From contig NC_068983.1 of the NCBI RefSeq assembly GCF_001194135.2, forward strand, positions 155,140,465-155,204,464: 64,000 bases of DNA, written 5' to 3'. Shown piece after piece: positions 38,816-50,470 of the stretch (positions are counted from its first letter, which is position 1; the number at the start of each line of letters is the position of its first letter). The notes beneath the pieces were generated by a model. That model was not told where the DNA came from and made no database searches. It worked only from the letters and a program-made list of their open reading frames with translations. This DNA comes from Octopus bimaculoides (taxonomy: Eukaryota). The position numbers and the translations under genes are program-made.

Positions 38816-39894
38816 TTCTTATCATCTTGTTCTTCTTATCATCCCCACCCCACCATCCTCCACCTCCTTCTCTTCCTTCTCTCTCAGGGCAGTGGATTGG
38901 CAGAATTGTTAGTGTTAAACAAAATATCTTGTATTTACTTTGGCTCTTTAGATTTTGGTTTCAAATCCCGTTGTGATCAATTTGGCCTTTCATCTCTTTG
39001 TGGTCAAATCTTAAAAGGCAAAAACTGTAGGGGCGTGTATGTGTGTGTGTATGTGTAATGTTGCATAAAGCAACATTAAACGGAATGTATTTGTGTAAAG
39101 ACATATTTAACACATTCAAGTGCACTTGGACATTAAAAAAGATGACCTTTTAATGTGGACCTAGGCCGGAGAGAAAATTCTCCTGTTAGAGTATGTAAAC
39201 ATCAGATGGGCTCTCAACGATGTCATCGGATTGTAGGACACATGCATTTCTGTATCATTTCACTTTGTCAGCTCTGAACACCAAATCTGTCTTTCATAAG
39301 CCAATAAGAAGGGAATTATTCTTATTAAAAACATCATACATTCCATATGTTGATAGTTGTAAAGCTTAGTCAAGCTAGAATTAAATAATGTTGTACAAAG
39401 TAGCATTGAACAAAATATATTCGCGTAAAATGATATACAACTTGTTTGAGTGCACTTCTATTTGAGCCAGCATTCTTTATTAAATGATATGAACACATTT
39501 TTCTTGAGTCTTCATATGAACACGTTTTTCTTGAGTGTTTAATAGGTTCCAAAGTGAAATTCTAGGATATCTTTCTGATTGACCAACTATGCAGCCAATC
39601 AAATAGATTGTTTCTATTATGTCAGTATACATTTTGGTACCATTTCTTTCATAGAGTAGATCTTAGCCAATCAGAATATATTTTAGTGGTTTGGGCTATT
39701 CTCCGCTGTGGCTGTAATTTACAATCAACAGAATTATACGCCACAGGTGTTTAAAGGTTGAACAAATTGAATGTAAGTAGTGATTTGTATGTAATCATGC
39801 ATATGTGTGTATGTTTGACTGTGTGTGAAAGTAAGACAAACAAAAGCAAACATAGCCAGTGGTAGCAGATATGCTACATATATGCATGTATGGG

Positions 39895-39958
<64 letters not shown>

Positions 39959-40327
39959 NNNNNNNNNNNNNNNNNNNNNNNNNNNNNNNNNNNNNNNNNN
40001 NNNNNNNNNNNNNNNNNNNNNNNNNNNNNNNNNNNNNNNNNNNNNNNNNNNNNNNNNNNNNNNNNNNNNNNNNNNNNNNNNNNNNNNNNNNNNNNNNNNN
40101 NNNNNNNNNNNNNNNNNNNNNNNNNNNNNNNNNNNNNNNNNNNNNNNNNNNNNNNNNNNNNNNNNNNNNNNNNNNNNNNNNNNNNNNNNNNNNNNNNNNN
40201 NNNNNNNNNNNNNNNNNNNNNNNNNNNNNNNNNNNNNNNNNNNNNNNNNNNNNNNNNNNNNNNNNNNNNNNNNNNNNNNNNNNNNNNNNNNNNNNNNNNN
40301 NNNNNNNNNNNNNNNNNNNNNNNNNNN

Positions 40328-40386
<59 letters not shown>

Positions 40387-40400
40387 GTATATGTATATAT

Positions 40401-40898
40401 CATCATCATCATCATCGTTTAATGTCAGCTTTCCATGCTGGCATGGATTGGACGATTTGAATGAGGACTGGCGAACCAGATGGCTGCACCAGGCTCCAAT
40501 CTGATCTGGCAGAGTTTCTACAGCTGGATGCCCTTCCTAACGCCAACCACTCCAAGAGTGTAGTGGGTGCTTTTGCCTACAACTGGCATGAGGTCCAGTC
40601 AGGCAGTACTGGCAACAGCCACGCTCAAATGGTGTTTTTTACGTGCCACCTGTACAGGAGCCAGTCCAGTGCCACTAGCAACAACCTCGCTCGAATGTCT
40701 TTTTTCATGTACCACCAGCACAAGTGCCAGTAAGGCGACACTGGTAATGATCACGCTCAAATGGTGCTTTTTACGTGCCACCGACATGGAAGCCAGACAG
40801 CTGCTCTGGCAATGATCACGCTTGGACGGTGCTCTTAGCACTCCACTGATTTGATTTCGATTTCACTTGTCTCAACAGGTCTTCACAAGCAGAGTTTA
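40401..40898 (-). mobile_element. RTE 3' end with 4 VNTR units and ORF2 terminus
   Basis: (CAT)n tail, conserved module, four ~62-65-bp units (40570-40830), then ...gtgaagacctgttgagacaagtga. Confidence 0.8.
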
Positions 40899-41364
40899 GT
40901 GTCCAATGAATATATATATATACATATATATATATAAATATATATACACACATACATACATATATAGGTATTTATATATATATATATATAATTTTAATTT
41001 ATTTTGATCATATTTGTCTTTTGCTACTCTGAGTTTCAGTCTAAGATCTTCAGGCATATCAGATTCCATGCACCTACAAGTGAAAATCAGGGTAGCAAAA
41101 GATTGACTCAAACAAAATGAAATATATTATTTAGCTCAATCATGATATTGAGTACTCTTTTTTTTTTTTTTACCATTTGTTAATACTAACAGGATATATA
41201 AGCATGCAATGTATGCATGTATGTAGACATATGTATGTATACGTAAGAGTGAATACTTGATGCGTAAAAGACATTTCCTTCTTTTTACCCATTTCCTGAG
41301 TGTAAAGCGAATAACCTTGTACAGTCTGTAAGATATATATATATATACATACATACATACATAC

Positions 41365-41444
<80 letters not shown>

Positions 41445-42966
41445 ATATAAAATGTAATATAATATAATTAATATAATATAAAAAACGCTTATAATCAGTT
41501 AAACGGAAGAAGGTGTGTATGAGAAATGATATAGATAATTTTAAACTCAAGAGACATCATATTAGTTTCAGGAAAAGAATCAAACAACAAATATCATTGG
41601 TTGCTTTTCAACAATGACCCATCCAATCAGAACAGATATGAATATATGGGAAATTTGACTTTTAATCTTCCTTTTATTTGTAATATATACTAGACTACAC
41701 TACTCGTTACCCGTTGGGTCACTAGGGAGGTCTGAGCTTCCCAGCAATGGAGTTTTGTTTCCTGGGATTTTTCTTATTTCTTTTCCATGTTATTTCGCAT
41801 GCTTTCAACAAATGTGGCATTGAAATCATGTGTAAATAGCTCCTTTCCCCAGAAAAGGAAAGATTTGGCTGCCATTTCTTGCACACCCTTCTACCATGAA
41901 ACAAGTATTTCAGGTCCATTATCGCAAATGGCTGTTATGTGGTAGCAGGGCGTGCTAGAAATAGAAGTCAAATCTTTGGAGGTGAGATATATTGAGTGTA
42001 CTTGAAAAAAAAGCACTAAGTCCACTCTGCTGAGTGGTTGGTGTTAAGAAGGGCATCCAGCTGTAAAACTCCTGCCAAAACAGTCCCAGAAGTCTGGTGC
42101 AAGCTTCGGCCTGGCCAGCTCTTGTGGTACCATCTTCGGCCTGGCCAGCTCTTGTGGTACCATCCCACCCCTGGTAGTATGGAACACGGACGTTAAATGA
42201 TGATGATGATGTATGTATGTTTATTTGTGTGTCTTTGTGTCTGTGTTTGTCGCCTCACCATCACTTGACAACTAATGTTTGGTGTGTTTGTGTCCCTGAT
42301 ACTTAGCGGTTCAGCAAAAGAGACTGATAGAATACTAGGCTTACAAAGAATAAGTCCTGGGATTGATTTCTTCAACTAAGGGCGGTGCTCCAGCATGGCC
42401 ACAATCAAATGACTGAAACGTGTAAAAGAGTGTATGTTTATATATATCACCATCATCATCATCATCGTTTAACATCCGCTTTCCATGCTAGCATGTGTTG
42501 GACAATTTGACTGGGGACTGGCGAACCAGATGGCTACACCAGACTCCAATCTGATCTGGCAGAGTTTCTACAGCTGGATGTCCTTCCTAACGCCAACTAC
42601 TCCGAGAGTGTAGTGGGTGCTTTTTACGTGCCACCGGCACATATATATATGTATATGTGTGTGTGTGTGTGTATGTATGTGTATAGGTGAGTAGCCTAGT
42701 GATTATGGTGTTGGTATTTTGATCATCTTGTGATAGAATCAGCTCTCAGGTAGGACAGGCTGTTGTATCCATGAGTGCATGACTGAGAGATTGAAAGTGT
42801 TTGTGTGTGTGTGTGTATTCTTAGGGGTGATACATAAATAAGGACATAGTCAGGTCATTTAGAATAAATGAGTTATCGCTAGCAATTTGAATGTCAGCAC
42901 GTTTAATCCATAACGAACACATGCGCACACACACACACACACACATATTTGCGGATGCATATATTG

Positions 42967-43042
<76 letters not shown>

Positions 43043-43176
43043 AAAGCAGACATTAAACGATGATGATGATGACGATATATATATATGTATTTCAATTGAA
43101 AATTGAGCTGATAAAATAAAGTATCTCATATCCTCATTACAAAGATTAATTCCCTACTATAATATATACACACATA

Positions 43177-43238
<62 letters not shown>

Positions 43239-44114
43239 CAAATGCACACATATATAATCATTATTATTTGATGTCTGTTTTCCATCTTGGTATATCTGTA
43301 TATGCACACTCATGCATAGAGAAATAGTGTATGAAGTAGAGGAGAGGATTGCTAGGTAGGGCATGCAAATTAAAGAGAGAGAGAGAGAGAAAGATATGAT
43401 TAATGTCATAGCATTAATACATACATCGTAAGCCGTACTTGTTATGTATTAATTACCTTTACTGTTTTAAATTGTTGTACAGAGTTCAAACAGTCATGTC
43501 CTTATAAGGAATCAAGTGGGAGATAATAGAACTGAGGGTCAGAGTATGTTGGACAGAGTGTAAGTCATTTCTGATATTCAGCTGTCAGAATTCTAAAGTT
43601 CTATTTGCTTTAATTTTATGTTGCTATGAGAAGCATATCCTGGTTTATAACTAAGGACTGTATGCAATGGTAGATGTGCAACAATTGACTCAACATTAAA
43701 CACACACACACTCAAATGCACACACACACGTACATGCACAGAGGCCTCTAAGCACGACACAAACACAACTTAAACATCTTTCTTAATTGAAAGTATAAGA
43801 TTTGGAGGACAATAGAATTAGAATAATATGGCCTGATGCTCTTCCAATCACCAACTTTCACCTGTTTTCAAGCAAGCTAATACTTCCTTCCTAGTCTTTT
43901 GTTTACTGTGCTGTTCATGTTTGAAGGATTAGGGAAGTTTAGGGAGACAGGAAGAACATCTGTCCATTGAAAATATTATGCCCTGATGAATTTTGTTTGA
44001 CTCATGAAAGCCTACAAAAATTTACATTAAAATGATGACAAAGTACATGAATCTGTTAGCATCTCCATGCCCCTACAAGGTTTTGAACTTGGAACATTAT
44101 TATCATTAGTAGCA

Positions 44115-44600
44115 GCATCATTTAATTTTGGTTTTCCATGCTGGCATGGGTTGGACGGATTGACAGGAGCTGGCTAGCCAGGGAGTCTGTCCTGACTCTA
44201 ATTGTCTGTTGTGGCATGGTTTCTATGGCTGGAAGCCCTTCCTATCACCAACTACAGTACAGAGTGTGCTGGGTGCATTTATGCAGCACTAGCACAAGTG
44301 TATGTTATGTGGCACTGGCACCTGTAAAAGACAAGCCTGTATGTATGGTTGACAAAGATTTTACTTAACCGGACATGCCTTCCCAAGTACAGCAAATAAC
44401 CACAACTCCCGGTTCCTTGCCATTTCTTCAGTGAGGTCAGATTCCGAAGATCCTTTCTCACCACTTTGTCTCCCATCTCCCTGGCTTTACCCCTTCCACA
44501 TGTTCCCTCCACAATTAGAGCTTGACACCTCTTTATGCAGCTGTCTTCATAAAGGCATATAGCTTAAATCCCACAAGACTGTTTACCAATCCTTCCATTA
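44115..44600 (-). pseudogene. RTE LINE ORF2 C-terminus plus 3'UTR and tail
   Basis: EDSCIKRCQALIVEGTCGRGKAREMGDKVVRKDL../DLTEEMARNRELWLFAVLGKACPVK* followed by about 250 bp of UTR ending in the (GAT)n tail module. Confidence 0.85.
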
Positions 44601-46321
44601 GTTGTGTCGTGCACCAACCACCCTTATAATCATAACAATAGCAACATCAATTTATTTAATTTGAACTTGATTTCATTTGATTTCTTTCTTAATGGCAATT
44701 AATTCAGCAGCAGCAGCAGCAGAAGTAGCAGCAGTTACTTCTTCAACAATTGTAGAAGAAAACTGAAAAACATCTGCAAAAACAATAGAGACACCGACAA
44801 GAGCAAAAACAAGGAGATTTGCATTAATACCAACAAAAGAAGCAGCTGTACTGACAGCTACACTAATAAAGGACAAAGCATAACGGCAACAACCACAACA
44901 ACAATAACAACAGCTTCGGCCATAAAAACAAACAAAAACAGCTGTAGCAACAACGAACAACAATTAACCATAATAATTATAACCACACCAGCCTAACTTC
45001 CTTCCCACATATAACACCATTAATACAAGTCTTTCTTGCTTCAGTTTCTTCATCATTGAGATCGTCTTCCACCACCATCACCACCACTACTATCAACTAC
45101 ACCACCACCACCACCATCACCACATCACCAAACTTAGCCATAACATGCAAAAATCGCAGTAGTGTCTTTAACCTCATTAGCTCTTTTGTTTTATGCACAA
45201 ACACCAGAAATTAGTGCAGAGAACCTGCAGCTGTTGAATATTGGTGCAATCCACTTCCCTTGCTTCTACCATTTCCACCCCACAGGACCTTGGACAGTGA
45301 AGAGGAAAATCAGCATATCCATACAAGCCACTCTGCATCCCCATATGATAAACCAGTTCCCTGCACAGCTGCTTGACCTGCTGGAAGTGGCACCCGAATT
45401 TCTCTCAAATTACACCCTTACCAAGATAAATGTATATTGGATAGTTTGTCTGTAGTAAAGTGTCCGGAAAAGAAGTTACAATCAGAATACTTTTGATCAT
45501 AGTTCTGCTTGATCAAGACTTGCCTGGGGTTAAACAGCAGAAGCAATAACCACTGGGTGAGTGTGCAGTACGGTCCTCAAATAGGATGGCAAAATGGTGT
45601 TTCTGAAGTAATCGATCAGTTGCTCATAGCTGTTTGATCTACATCTTATAGTGGTTAGGGAATGGAGCTCATGATCGTGAGATTGTGGTTTCAATTCCTG
45701 GACCAGGTAATGCATTGTGTTCTTAAGCAAAATACTACCCTTCATGTTGATCCAGTTCACTCAGTTGCAGAAGTGAGTGCCACTAGTGGAGGCAGCTTGC
45801 TTAGTGGTTAGGGTGTTGGATTCACAACTGTAAGATTGTGGTTTTGATTCCTGGACTGCGCGATCTGTTGTGTTCTTGAGCAAAACACTTCATTTCATGT
45901 GTTTCCATCCACTTAGCTGTAGAAATGAGTTTAGCATGGAGAGGAATGGGCTCTGCCAACTTTCTAACCCTAGATATGCTGCATGGCTGCAGCACCCCAG
46001 TGACCCCCAGCAGGACTTGTCAATTGTCAACAGGACCCCAAGGGACTTGTCAGTTGTCAGCTGTTTGATCTACATCTTGTATGCCATAGGTCTGCTGAAT
46101 CAGTGAGGACTTGCTACAACACCAACACAGTTGCTAACAACTATAAATATGTTGAACCAATATTGGCACTACAACTACTGCCTCCCTTACTGTGTTCTTG
46201 CAGTAAATATTGGTGCTGCTTTTACTTGTGAATCTAATTTGTTGCCAATTTCAATCACTGGGTGGCTCTTGGGTGGCAGAAAAGCCTAGTAAGGCTTTCA
46301 AACATATCTTCTATCTTTTAC

Positions 46322-46695
46322 CTTCTACTTATTTCAGTTATTGAACTGCGGCCATGCTGGGGCATCATCTTGAAGGGTTTAGTTAAGCAAATTGACCCCA
46401 GTACTGACTTTTCAAAGTCTGGCACTTATTCTGTCTGTTTCTTTTGCCAAACTGCTAAGTTACAGGGACATCAACAAACCAACACCAGCTGTCAAGCAGT
46501 GGTGGGGAGCAAACACACACACACACAAAATGAGCCTTTTTCACAATCCATCTAACAAATCCACTTACAAGGTTTTGGTTGGCCCAGGCCTGTAGTAGAA
46601 GACACTTGCCCAAAGTGCCAAGTGCCACACAGCAGAGCTGAACCAAGAACCATGTGGTTGGGAAGCAAGATTCTTACCACACTACCACTCCTGCA
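46322..46695 (-). mobile_element. SINE family T1 (older copy)
   Basis: Full colinear reverse-complement match to T1. Confidence 0.8.
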
Positions 46696-47332
46696 CTATA
46701 TATTTGCATCAGAGAGAAAACTCTGCTGAAAGTACCCAGCCAAGGACCAGGTGATGATGTTAAACCTTGGGCATGTGTCCTCTTTTTTGAACTGGTAAAG
46801 TTTATTATGTTTACCAATGAATTCCTTGGTAGCTGGGTTTCTAGGATAGAAAGGTGCTAGGGTCAATGTGGGGTAGATGAAGGACTAGAAGAGAATAAGA
46901 AAATGGGTGAGATAAGGGTGAATAGATTTTTCCTCACCATATCTTTTGCGTAACACTCGTCATTTTTTATATTTCCTAAAGAGATTTTACAGATATGGTT
47001 AAGGGGCCTTGCTTAGTATTTATATAATTTGGTTTGATCCCACTTCTCAGAAGTCCATCTTTTCTGTGTATTTGTGTATATGTATGATTATGCGTGTATG
47101 TGTTGTGTGTGCGTTTCTTCAATGTGCAAATTTCTGAGAAAACTGATAAACAAAAGCTTTTGAACAAAAGTACTTTGTGATAATCACTCTGTCCAAGTTG
47201 GAAAAACACTCCCTTATCACACTTGCCATCAAGAATATGAGTCAGTGATTAATTCACTGATAAACTTTTAAACAATAGTGGTGTTTGTCACAAAATGTAA
47301 AATAAATGTAACTAAATATACTTCATATGTAA

Positions 47333-47401
<69 letters not shown>

Positions 47402-47817
47402 CATACATACACACAAACACATACATATATATTTATGTATACACACACATCTGTTTGTTGCTGCTCTATGGATTTGCAGATGTTAGCATGTGTGCATGTA
47501 GCGTGACCTGCTTATTTAAATGTGTGTGAATGTGACATATATATATACACCCTAATCTGTGTTTCTGTTCATGCATATTCCTATATGTACACTTGTATTT
47601 GTATGTGTGTGGATATATCTTTCGTCATTTTTGCTAGCATGTCTTAAAGAAAAAGAAATTGCTTTCTAGTGATGTGAAGACAATTTTTAGTGACTTAAGT
47701 AAGAATCAAACCAATCACCTTTTGCTGTATTATTGCAATATGAAACTATTCATCCATTCATTGGAAACCATAAATTTCTTTCAGTAGAATTATCTGTGTG
47801 TGTCTCAACTTTCTTTT

Positions 47818-48045
47818 TTAACTCTTTAGCATTCAGATTACACTGACAAATGTAATGTTTATTTATCCATATGGTTTTGAAGTAATCAGGCATTATCTCA
47901 TGCCTTTGAGATTTCCATGATGTAACTGTTTATTTTTTAGGATGACATTGTAGGGTAGGTGTGAGAGTCCTTACCTGGTCAGTTTGAACATAAAACAACA
48001 ATAATATTTTGGCCGGACATGGTCAGTTTAAATGCTAAATAGTTA
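47818..48045. mobile_element. piggyBac-like MITE family B
   Basis: TTAA|ctctttagcattcaga ... tttaaatgctaaa. Confidence 0.7.
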
Positions 48046-48657
48046 CTCTTTATATCTTATGTATCCGTTTATCCAGCCATCCATTCATCTGTCCATTTGT
48101 TCAGCCATCCATCCATCCATGTGTGTGTATGTTTAACTGCCTGCCTCTGACAGTATTGTCCAAACTATCTGGAAGAAATAAATCACTGAAGCTAATATAT
48201 CTATTTATCTTTGTTTTTTGATCATCAAATAGATCAGGAAATAAAGAACAAATGTTTATTCATCTATGTGTATCTAGCCACCTTTTATTCTTATTCTTTG
48301 TCTTCTTTCTCTTTCCCCACATACATATATACATGCATATATACACACACTCATACATATATAAATGTGTGTGTGCATGTATAAACTTATGCATATAGCC
48401 ATTGGTCTCTAATATTGTCCTCTATGTGCATCTCATCTATTTAAGTAGCTAGCAGTGTGTGCATGTGTATGTATCCTTATACATATTTGTTTATCCGTAT
48501 GTATGTATGTATGTATGTATGTATGTATGTATGTTTGTATCTACTGTGTAACCGAGTGCATACATATGCATGTTTAATTCATGATTCATTAAATAGCTAA
48601 AGAGGTTGAATATAATATTAAATGAGAAAAAAAAGTGTAATTTATTAGTCAATAAAC

Positions 48658-48713
<56 letters not shown>

Positions 48714-48891
48714 TTTTCTCTTTCTCTCTCTCTCCCTCTCTCCACACACGTGTCCATATTTTGCTGGTGGTAGTTGATGACAAACAAAACACTGTGAAAC
48801 AAAATGTTGAAAAATCAACGATGTTTATCTTCTTATTTAATCGTTTTAGTCATTTATCTTTTATTCATATATATATTTCTTCATTTTCCAG

Positions 48892-48991
48892 GAGTTGGCA
48901 ATGGAATCGAATGGTTTACGAGGAACGAGACACGGCCGAACCATTATCGCATACTTATGGTTCAAGGCGATAACATGATGGTGGCAGCAAG
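48892..48991 (+). CDS. Sema1a: Semaphorin (class 1/6-like) coding exon, start of sema domain
   Basis: Acceptor tcttcattttccAG, donor AG|gtgaga. Translates (G)VGNGIEWFTRNETRPNHYRILMVQGDNMMVAAR, matching the F..N.T..DHF.LL..DG..LLxxAR start of Sema1a/SEMA6 sema domains. Phase 1 in, phase 2 out. Confidence 0.9.
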
Positions 48992-49310
48992 GTGAGAAAA
49001 TTGCTCAAGCACTTGTATTCTTGTTTCCCTCTTCAATTCATAAAGAAAACTCTTTTTTTTTTATCTATGAATAATCATTGTTGATTTTGTTATTGCTGTA
49101 AGGCTAAGGTAACAATACCCAGGACTATACCTGGCCTGGCATGATACTGGTTTGACTCATCTCTGTGCTAAGCCTTCCTGTGATTCAGAATTCTCCCTTA
49201 TATGAAATGATCCAATCTAATACAGTTCTATATTTAAGAGATGAGGAATTATTTACATTATTTACATTATTTACATTTGACGAATATTTGTCCTCATCTT
49301 GTTTGTTGTT

Positions 49311-49356
49311 AACACAACGTTTCGGCTGATATACCCTCCAGCCTTCGTCAGGTGTC
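49311..49356 (-). ncRNA. Type I minimal hammerhead ribozyme, inverted copy
   Basis: Exact reverse complement of 49699-49744. Confidence 0.82.
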
Positions 49357-49537
49357 TTGGGGAAATTTCGAACCTGGGTTCTCATTCCTAACGATGTTAC
49401 TATTATTATATTATTATTATTATTATTACTATTATTAATCAGGTAGCTGCAGTGAATAATAGATTACTATTATTAATCAGGTTGCTGCCGTGAATAATAG
49501 ATTTATAAGCCTTAAAATTCACCCCATAATTGCCCAC

Positions 49538-49613
49538 GGGCGTATGGCGTAGTGGTTAAAAGCGCTGGTTACTAACCCCAAGGTTCCGAGTTCGATTCAC
49601 TGCAGCGACCTGA
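49538..49613 (+). promoter_or_regulatory. tRNA-derived SINE head with Pol III A and B boxes
   Basis: GGGCGTATGGCGTAGTGGTTAA...GAGTTCGATTC: A box TGGCGTAGTGG 49545-49555, B box GTTCGATTC 49590-49598. The acceptor stem is degenerate, so this is not a functional tRNA. Confidence 0.8.
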
Positions 49614-49698
49614 TTAATAATAGTAATAATAATAATAATAATATAATAATAATAGTAACATCGTTAGGAATGAGAACCCAGGTTCGAAATTTCCCCAA

Positions 49699-49744
49699 GA
49701 CACCTGACGAAGGCTGGAGGGTATATCAGCCGAAACGTTGTGTT
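49699..49744 (+). ncRNA. Type I minimal hammerhead ribozyme (Penelope-like)
   Basis: Stem I GACAC/GTGTT; core CTGACGA plus one extra A; stem II GGCTG-10 nt loop-CAGCC; GAAA; palindromic stem III ACGT; predicted cleavage after GTT at 49739. Confidence 0.82.
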
Positions 49745-50263
49745 AACAACAAACAAGATGAGGACAAATATCCGTCAAATGTAAATAATGTAAAAAAAAT
49801 GATCCACTCTAATTTTCTGGAAATATATACCATATCATGGTGAAAAAAATTGTGTTATTAAACTCCATGTCTGTTCTGATCTAGCAAGCTTATTATGAAA
49901 GCTGACAGTCTTATCATTTAGGCATTGCATATCTTAAACTATATTATCCAGTGTACTTTCAAAAGTGATAGAGTTTAATTCCCCAACATTTGATTACTAT
50001 TTACGATAGAGGAAACTACTATCTTTATTGGCTCATTACAGTTGATGTTGTGTAACCCAAGGTAAACACTGCTCAAGTAAACCTGTGATCATAGTTATTC
50101 TTGCTGCAACCATCCCATTGTTTCTAGTCATACTGTATCTTGGACTAAAGGGTATAGCATCTAATGTATTCTGCCATTTTTAAGTGTGATTTGAGAGATT
50201 TTGGTTGCTGCTTCTAGCAGGCCTAAGGACAATGCAGAGGCTCTCATTTTGGCATGTTATTAT

Positions 50264-50470
50264 TTAACCCTTTAGCATTCAGATTACTCTGTCAAATGTA
50301 TTACAGTATTTTGATTTAACCATCAATAACTTGTAGCCTCAAGATTTTGATGTACTAATTACTTATCTTTTGGAATGCTTTTTACAGTGGGAGTGTGAAG
50401 CCAGATTAGGTCAGTTTGAACATAAGGCAAGAAGAATATTGGAGCTGGATATGGCCAGTTTAAATGCTAA
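50264..50470. mobile_element. piggyBac-like MITE family B
   Basis: TTAA|ccctttagcattcaga ... ggccagtttaaatgctaa. Confidence 0.7.

Larger units (their letters stand above)
49222..49796. mobile_element. Composite inverted insertion of a tRNA-headed, hammerhead-bearing (Penelope-associated) non-autonomous retroelement
   Basis: Flanked by aaatgatcca(a/c)tctaat at 49205-49221 and 49797-49813 (17 bp, 1 mismatch). Arms 49261-49457 and 49595-49794 are near-perfect reverse complements. Confidence 0.85.

Noticed and set aside
41747-41839. Signal-peptide-like ORF MEFCFLGFFLFLFHVISHAFNKCGIEIMCK as semaphorin exon 1
   Set aside because: The phase-1 GT sites within it leave a T that forms TGA with exon 48892, and it abuts an old repeat motif.
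42104-42163. Perfect 30-bp tandem duplication inside an RTE-tail copy
   Set aside because: An ordinary slippage event with no further structure.
44673-44963. 96-aa hydrophobic minus-strand ORF
   Set aside because: It is the reverse of a degenerate (AAC)/(CAG) low-complexity tract.
45162-45455. 97-aa ORF
   Set aside because: Non-ATG start, no recognisable domain and no splice support.
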